Shown piece after piece: positions 12,121 to 19,731 of a stretch of DNA of 19,731 nucleotides. The DNA lies in assembly GCA_024626585.2 (NCBI GenBank), contig JANKJI020000002.1, forward strand, positions 69,334,795-69,354,525, written 5' to 3'. The DNA is from Ginkgo biloba. Its lineage: Eukaryota; Plantae; Ginkgophyta. The notes under the pieces were generated by a model. That model ran no database searches. It was not told where the DNA came from and saw only the letters and a list, made by a program, of their open reading frames with translations. The translations under genes were made by a program, and so were the position numbers. Position 1 is the first letter of the stretch, and every line of letters begins with the position of its first letter.

Positions 12121-14644
12121 NNNNNNNNNNNNNNNNNNNNNNNNNNNNNNNNNNNNNNNNNNNNNNNNNNNNNNNNNNNNNNNNNNNNNNNNNNNNNNNN
12201 NNNNNNNNNNNNNNNNNNNNTCTATCCATTTAGTTGTTAACATATCCTTTAGAATTAGATACTTTTCTAATACCAAGGTCAATAATACTAATAAAATTTT
12301 AAAACGTAGTCCTTCTACCTTATCTTTGTGTATATCTTATGCAAAAATGTTGGCCAAGTTATACTTATTATTATTTTATAATGCATCATACAATATCCTT
12401 ATCCAGCATGTTGGCAACTCTATAGTATCCTCCAAGACTAGCATTCTTATTACCCAATTACTCTTGCCTGGAATGGTCCACTTATAAACTTATCTATCAG
12501 AAGCACTATATCAATTCCTTTCTCATTCTCTTTCATGATTTTATAAAACTTAGTCAGCATCCTATTCCTATGTATAGCATATTATTTCCTTTTAAAACTT
12601 CAATTTATCGTATTCCTTCATTTGGAATGTCAAATATTCCATAAATGGTTTTCACATAAAAATCCAAATAATTATTTATCAAATTTATCCTTATAACTCC
12701 TTTTATGTGGATTATCTCCTTCACTAGATTTGGATATTAAATAATCTAGAGTAATGTTAGTATCATATGGAATTGATTCTTTTCAAACCATCCCTTAAAT
12801 TCCTCTTCCTTGTTTATGATTTTTAGATTCTTTATAATCTTTACTTCTATATCATATCTTAGCTAGTGGGGAGGAATTACATCATCAATGGTTAACTTTA
12901 GGAATCTATCCATAATATCTTCAAATAAATTTATCAACACAATTTACATTATTCTATAAATCTCCTCCAAACCCCTAATGGTCACTTCCAAATTTCTTTC
13001 CAAATGTCTCTGAATACCATATTACTATAAGGCTTAGAATCAATCACCTTATCACAATCAATTTACCTTGTACTTTCAATTTTCACTGTAGATCTCAAAA
13101 ATCACTTAAGCCACAATTCACTTCATGAGATTTCTTGTAAATAAAGTGTTCCTATCTTGAGAATTATATGCTTTAATCTAAATTTCCATATCTAATCTAA
13201 ACTTATAGATTTATCTTTATCATGTACTTTTGATTAGTCATATATTTTTTCCCACTTTTTAAATTCCATCATATCATTAAGAGTTATTGTTTTTATTCCC
13301 TTTACATCAAGATTATGCTCTTTTTGTAGCCTGTTTATCTCTTTCCATTTTTTGACATCCCATTACAACTTACAATTCCTTCACAACCTTTTTCTTATTA
13401 GGGGATTTTGCTCATTCCTTATTTTCATACATGGTGTTGTGAATTGTGACACTTTATTTACTCAATATTTTCTTTGTCATAAATATTTGCTTCGTCATAC
13501 CTTCATTCTATATTATAGCATTTTTCTTATCTTGTGGACTTATGTATTTTGTCATGATCTTGCAACATCGTTCTTTTCTCCAAAAATTTTCTAAGTATAT
13601 AAGAATTCTCTATCCTTTCATAAGGTGATAAAAACCTTTGTAGCATCCCTTTACATTTAATTCCTATCTTACTAGGTGACAAATAATTATTCTTCTATGC
13701 CTTACACATCCTTTTACAATATTACAACTTATACTTTTCCAATATTTTGAAGTGGCACAATCCTTATCCAACCCTTAGTTCTTTGACACCATTTTCTTTT
13801 TTCATCATTCTTCTATTAATTCCTTGATTCATTCTTGCATAGATTCTTATCACTACATGCACTCTCATATTTCTTCAAGCTAAATTGCATTTATAAACTC
13901 ATCTCTCACTATTTCATTACGATTTACTTGCCAATTTTTTTACTTTACGTATCTCTACGACAACTTTTTATCAATTTTGACTTAAATTTCTAAGTCATAT
14001 GAGAAGTATTTTAATGATCTATCTTGACCATCATAAAGGTTGCATTATCTTCTTTTATTGGTCATATAATTTTCCATGATTTGGTCCTTGACACTTGCCT
14101 ATGACTTATCACATCCTTACGACAATGCATTTCTTCAATGTTAATTCATTTTCACACTTTAATTTATCTAAACTCTTGATGAATATATCATTAGATTTCT
14201 ATATTATGAAATCCTTGTGCATTATACTTATTAGTTATAATTCCTCCTTGTATGCTTCTTTCCCTATATTTACATACTAACTTATTTGATACTGTACTTT
14301 TCTATTATAGTGTTGCACCTATTTATTGTATGTCACTACTCTTCATCCCTATATTTTTTTGTGATATAGTCATTTATTGAAACTTAATCAAAATCTTGTG
14401 ATAATTATTCCTTAATTAAAATTCTAATTAGTGTTTCATCTAAATATTTTTTTAGTAAATTCATAACTATTTTTAATCGATTAAAGAGTTTCATAGTTAG
14501 AATTTTATGAATTATTAGGTTATGATCCATGAAAGCATTAATTTCAATGATTTATCCATATATGGACCTAATAACTATTTTAAGGAACTTTAGTATCATT
14601 CTTTTGTCACCACTTATTTCTATGGAAGTGTAAAATTAGAATAT

Positions 14645-14657
14645 GATCTTCATACCA
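14645..14657 (-). promoter_or_regulatory. Degenerate primer-binding site (tRNA-iMet type)
   Basis: ACA|TGGTATGAAGATC versus canonical TGGTATCAGAGC, directly after the LTR-terminal CA; only the first 6 nt match exactly. Confidence 0.45.
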
Positions 14658-15072
14658 TGTCCAATGGATTCTTGGATATTTGTGGCTCCCTTATTGTGCC
14701 TACAGGTTAGATGTTCATAATAATAATAAATAATAATCAACCATAAATATGAACATGAGCATACACAGTTTATAATTCTCTACAATAGAGATAATGACAT
14801 AAGATGTATAGTGGAAATCTAATATCAAAAAACTACTTTGGAAGATAGTTAGGCTTGCTTGCACTCACTTGCACTTTAGGCACTACACTGGCTTTTTTAT
14901 TAGCAAAACTCTTATTTAAACATTACATAACTTGATAATTAAAAAAGATCCTTTCATCTCAACCTTTAAAAGTGAATCTAATCTCTAGATGGAATATTTA
15001 AGAAACCCCTCACACTTGAGGGTTTATGAACATCACATTGTTCTAACAAGTGAACATCATATTATTTTAACA
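14658..15072 (-). repeat. Putative 5' LTR (~415 bp) of the copia-like element
   Basis: TG...CA termini on the minus strand. The outer end coincides with the base where copy 3 homology stops, and the inner end abuts the PBS-like motif. Confidence 0.55.
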
Positions 15073-18000
15073 CCAGATAGGGAGGTTTTCTTATTTTGGA
15101 ATGATAAGCTTTAGGGATGGATGAGAAGGTAGTAGTGTCTCTAATGGTAGTTTGAAAATTTTATTTTTTTAATTCTTCCCCGTTAGTTCCACTAGAAGAT
15201 AGTTTTTTTAAGACTAAAGTAACTTGATTATGTTCAATATCTTTGATAAGATCCTTCCTAGGGATGATGGTGATACTAATCTTGATCTAAACTATCAAGG
15301 GTCCCATATAATGTAAGAGATACTCTATGGATTCTTACTACATAGGAACTAGGACCTCTTCTATCAAAGTGGGATCAGGATGAGGTTTTGGTATTTGAGA
15401 AGATCCAAGAATATTCTCCCTTCCTAATTTTCCAAGAGCCATCTCATATGGAGGATAGGATGAGATAAGGATCTTTGGATTAGGGCCTATATTAATTGTC
15501 CCTACTCTTTCTATGTCAACCTTGGGTGGTGTTATTTCTTCCATGGATGGGTTAAGGATTAGAATTTCTAAGGATGGGAGTGGAATTAGAGGAGCTTGAC
15601 CTTTGATTACTTTTTGTCTTACTGATGATGGTCCTTGGGGTCTCGCTCTTACTAATAAGGAATGCATGATGAGGGGAGGTTGGCAAAGGATCATCTCTGT
15701 CCTTACTCTCTTCTCAGACATATGAGCTAACTTTTCTTGGGCTTGTCTTAACTCTTGTATTAGAGAGATCAATATTTTATCTTATTGGGAGATTTCATCA
15801 ATATCTTACCCCTTAGATTCAGTGAATTATAAGGTATATTCTAGGATATTTTTGGCTTTTCTTATTAATCCCTTTTCTTGTTGTGTCATTCGAGTTGACC
15901 TTATCTGCCTTTAGAATGCAATCTCCCTTTTCATGAAGACCCTTATCTCAAACAAGATCAAATCCTCATATTGATGATGCAAATTTATCTCTTTGTCCTA
16001 CCACTAGTTGGGGTCTACAACCTTTTCAAGTTCCTAGTACTCTTCATCCAACAATTCCCTCTTGGTGGCAATTTGCAAGTGCAATGCTGCTAGCTTAAAC
16101 AATTGAGTTTCCATAGACTAAGCTACATTAGGAAGGCCTTCAATCTCCTTTTGTATTTGTTCTTTTGTTGCAAAAATGTTATGTCTCTCTTCAATCAATT
16201 GTCACTTGGAGGTGTCCACATGTTAGGCTAGGATAATTCTCAACTTATGAATTTATTTTACATTATTGGTGATCTCTTGATATTTTTTATAAATTTCTTC
16301 TGTAGATTTTCTAGGACTTCTTCCTTACCTTGCAATTATCCTTCCAAGATACTACATCTGAGTTGAAACATGGCATAGTTCATTTTCAACTCAGAGAGTT
16401 TAAAATGTTTGATGGGTGAGTTTGGAAGGGTCTCTTTTAGGACTTTGACCTTTTGTCTCAATAGATCCACATAGGGTTTGATATAACCTAGGACTTCCAT
16501 GGATGTTTTTTACTCACCCTCTGTGGGATGATTGTCTAACTTTCTAATCTTAGATGTTAACATTGAGATTTTATCACTTAATTGTTCCCTCTCCTTTTGT
16601 GCTTAGTCTGCTTGAAAAATTAGCTCCAATTCTAATTCCTCGATCTTGGAAGTCATTTCTTGAGTTGTGCTTAAAATCAACAGACTAGTTGACCTGGTGG
16701 TTAAAACCCCATCCACTATTCATACAGAAAAATTGAATCTCCCTTTTCTCTTTTCTCTAATTTTCTTGAGGAAAGGAGAGGGAACCAAGTCTTCAAGTAG
16801 CTCTTGTGTTTTCTTTGTCTTGGGAAGATTTTGGCCTTAGTGAGAAAGTGATAGATCTTGAATTATTGATTGCAAAAAAATTAGGGGAAGATATGTCGAT
16901 GGCTGTATAATAGGAGACATTGTTGTCACCACTCCTATCAAAGTGTTAGGTGATCTTGATGTGCCTTGGTTATACTTTCCACGTTCCCCTATTTCTTTTG
17001 CTAGATGGTGGGTGTAATGATCTCTTCTAGTCCATGCATCTATAGTCTTTGATAACACCTCCCAATCTTGTTCACCTGCCTCCTCTGCTTTGACATGGTC
17101 TTTTATCATTGCAGATTAACCCTGAATCAAGGATTTTGGTTTTGGGTGCCTAGAAGAGGACTTTTGGTTAAGCTTAGCCTTCCCTTTCGAGGGTTCATCC
17201 CTCTTTTATGCTTTAGGGAATGTGATTATTGGATAATCTAATAGAGATGAAGGAAGTCCATAAGGTTCCTATGCAAAGGATGTTGCATTATCTATCCAAT
17301 AATAATAGTGGGCTTTAGGTGAGACAAAAGGATAATCAATCACTAACTCNNNNNNNNNNGGGGCATTGAATCGTTGTTGGCCCAATACTTCTACTTAAAT
17401 TTTAAAATAGTGCTTTGAATGACACTGATGTGAGCCTAGGGCTCGATGGACTTCTTATCTTTAGGTACGCCTAGTAGAGAGGCATAGGTATTTTGTCCAT
17501 CCTCTGTCCAGTCAACCTCCCTCCATTGATTTTTGATATATTCTGGGAGTTTGTTCCCTTGCCTAGACGATCATTGAGACAACATAGGGCCATGTAAAAA
17601 TTCCCAAATACCTAAAGTCTTCACGATCTCTCTCCTCCTTCCTCGTTTGTAACCTTGAGTATAAGTTTAATCTTGGCGAAGAGATGGGATCAACCTAATT
17701 AGGGGATCCTAGTGTTTCCATGCAATTCACTACCATTATAGAAGGCATAGGGAAAGGGCATCCTATCATCTATGACAACATGCAATGGTATTTGATCTTC
17801 TCACCTAACCACAAGGCCCAGGCATAGACTATTCCTACTTTGACTTTGAGTGCTATGGTTGCCCACTAATGGCTGAAATAAGTATTGGCATCTAAGTAGA
17901 CAAGTCTTCTGGATATAATCCTAGCAACCCACTTGGCTCCTTTATGAGTCATATTTATAATCAAACCCTTAGACGTACTCCATACCTTTGTTCCTTCATA

Positions 18001-18328
18001 ACCTTAGTAGAGCCTTTGGATAATGATTTCCCTTTCTACTTTCCTGGCTTCCTTTTTTAGATCGATTACATGTCCTTGAAAGGGCAATCCCTTGAATTGA
18101 TTGATTAACGGTGCATAAATGGGGATGAACTTATCAGAGAACCAAAATGTACATTATTAAATTGAAGAAGCATTTCAACAATGATAGGATATGGAAGGTA
18201 TAAAATTGGATCATGTGTGTATGCCAATACCCTGAACCTTTTGAACAATTGATATTCATAGCTGTGTTGTCCTCTATCATTCACTGCAACAAAACTTTAC
18301 CATTCTTAAGTATAAATCCCCAAATGAT
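15073..18328 (-). pseudogene. Copy 3 of the ~1,200-codon ORF relic (fewest apparent frameshifts; N-terminus lost in a gap, C-terminus cut by an LTR)
   Basis: Colinear with copy 1 at ~5155-8400. Translates HLGIYT*EW*SFVAVNDRGQHSYEYQLFKRFRVLAYTHDPILYLPYPIIVEMLLQFNN...FWFSDKFIPIYAPLINQFKGLPFQGHVIDLKKEARKVEREIIIQRLY*GYEG...MTHKGAKWVARIISRRLVYLDANTYFSH*WATIALKVKVGIVYAWALWLGEKIKYHC..., then the helical QEMTSKIEELELELIFQAD*AQKEREQLSDKISMLTSKIRKLD. Track ORFs 16837-17109 and 15338-15772 are pieces of it; the latter matches 5419-5670 (DIERVGT, PHxDPTLIEE). Confidence 0.8.
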
Positions 18329-19069
18329 NNNNNNNNNNNNNNNNNNNNNNNNNNNNNNNNNNNNNNNNNNNNNNNNNNNNNNNNNNNNNNNNNNNNNNNN
18401 NNNNNNNNNNNNNNNNNNNNNNNNNNNNGTTGTAATACTGGGACAAACACCTAACAAAGCTATAATGATACTTGGATACATAGAAATTGTAGGATGGCCA
18501 TTAGAGGTGGGTGGGTATGCTTCAATACCAGAGTGAATGTATGCTTTAATTACTGCTTATACACACGTGTCAATAAAAGATCCTATGGGTATGTATTTGA
18601 TGAATAAGCTAAAGATAAAATCACACTTAATACTATTACAATTATTGNNNNNNNNNNACATTATACATTGATATAGGTACTATTATAATTTATTTTTGCA
18701 TCCTAATAACTCATCCTACCACTTCATTCAACTACCAATACTCACAATATACTCAAACTTACACAAAGGATGACAATTGTGTTTTGGCGAAGTGGTTTTG
18801 TTATGTATTATTAGGCTAAATTGTCTAAACCGTCTAAACTTAAAGATGATAATACACATGACTACAAGAAGAGCCATAACCACCCTCATTGAGAATCAAG
18901 TGAGTGTTGTGAGTGTAAGGCAATTTAGATTNNNNNNNNNNNNNNNNNNNNNNNNNNNNNNNNNNNNNNNNNNTTCTTATGAGCTGCAAGATTTTCATCT
19001 TTTATTAAGAATTCTGACAATTTTAAACACATGAGCTTATGTTGTATTACATTTGTGTGATACAAACGT

Positions 19070-19709
19070 GATTAAGTCAATCTACAATTTTGCCACTTGG
19101 CATTCATTAGTTTAGAGAGTCGTTGAAACCTGTCGGGTGATGCACTTGATATGCACTCCAATTCAAAGCTTTAACTATGAGTTGGCACANNNNNNNNNNN
19201 NNNNNNNNNNNNNNNNNNNNNNNNNNNNNNNNNNNNNNNNNGGTATAATATGACAATTAGATATCTATTATGATTTCAATAAAAATACTAATACTATTAA
19301 GAAGTTACCTTGAGTTTTACCATCTCCTATATTAGAGTAAGGGAAGCTTCTACAACACAGTTTTGCCCCTTCTCTAACAGTGATGGATGTATGCTTCCAA
19401 AACTACACTTATGCAATAGCACAATCCCAATTCTCCATAGATGCCTCCTGGTTTCACAATTTAGTAGAGAAATGTAGANNNNNNNNNNNNNNNNNNNNNN
19501 NNNNNNNNNNNNNNNNNNNNNGCCAGAGATCATCTGAAGCATTTACTGTATATGTTACGATATCCTCCTCTATCACAAAAATAGCTTTATTTGCATTAAA
19601 AGAAAATGCATTAATAAACATAATGAAATACCCACAAATTATAAGAATCCATTAGGTCAGTACTAGAAAATTATAATTTGTATATGCACTCACAAATATA
19701 ATGAAACAC
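19070..19709 (-). other. Possible exons of a spliced host gene or pseudogene, product unidentified
   Basis: Minus-strand splice signals: TTTGCAG|16 nt (19709-19694)|GTGAGT; AACCAG|139 nt (19447-19309)|GTAACT; CGACAG| at 19129. Every frame of the 139-nt segment has at least one stop, and two N-gaps interrupt the region. Confidence 0.3.
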
Positions 19710-19731
19710 CTGCAAATTGTCACAATAACAC

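Larger units (their letters stand above)
12221..15072 (-). mobile_element. Heavily decayed, probably non-autonomous Ty1/copia-like LTR element
   Basis: On the minus strand: TGTT at 15072 to ACA at 14658 (LTR), then a PBS-like TGGTATGAAGATC and a purine-rich internal region. Two relics resemble the copia RNase H end (QLADIFTKxL): DIFIKSLDKLKCE (14151-14189) and NLANIFA*DIHKDKVEGLRFKI (12295-12360). The second is followed ~50 nt later by a weak purine tract and TGTTAACA (12242), where a 3' LTR should begin. No RT or integrase recognised. Confidence 0.45.

Noticed and set aside
13352-14280. Hydrophobic F/L/I-rich plus-strand ORFs as membrane or env-like proteins
   Set aside because: They are the expected antisense reading of a T-rich strand; short, with no conserved motif.
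15073-18328. In-frame stops rescued by an alternative genetic code or U-to-C RNA editing
   Set aside because: Frameshifts, an LTR insertion, copy-specific stops and TGG-derived stops all indicate ordinary pseudogene decay in nuclear repeat DNA.
1-19731. CRISPR array, tRNA/rRNA or prokaryotic defence system
   Set aside because: No regularly spaced repeats, no structural RNA signature and no operon-like gene density; the content is eukaryotic retrotransposon debris.

Overview
This is AT-rich, strongly CpG-depleted eukaryotic nuclear DNA from a fragmented scaffold with 13 N-gaps, six of them exactly 100 N (unknown size). It reads as a seed-plant, probably gymnosperm-type, nested retrotransposon graveyard. 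I see no intact protein-coding gene. The long ORFs in the supplied track are N-run artefacts or pieces of pseudogenes. The dominant content is three diverged, colinear minus-strand relics (about 4969-8620, 9156-10488, 15073-18328) of one ~1,200-codon ORF. That ORF has an N-terminal domain resembling plant-mobile-domain/Transposase_32-type retrotransposon accessory proteins, a charged linker, a long predicted coiled coil and a Pro-rich tail. Interleaved are a Ty3/gypsy gag-protease fragment (DTG motif at 11184-11192), a very decayed Ty1/copia-like element whose LTR end cuts copy 3 at 15072/15073, a younger TGAGGAC-starting LTR-like insertion cutting copy 2 at 10488/10489, and a candidate + strand LTR (2347-3315). 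The last ~700 bp carry canonical minus-strand splice sites, possibly a host gene or pseudogene. All translations and alignments were done by eye; no database searches were run.
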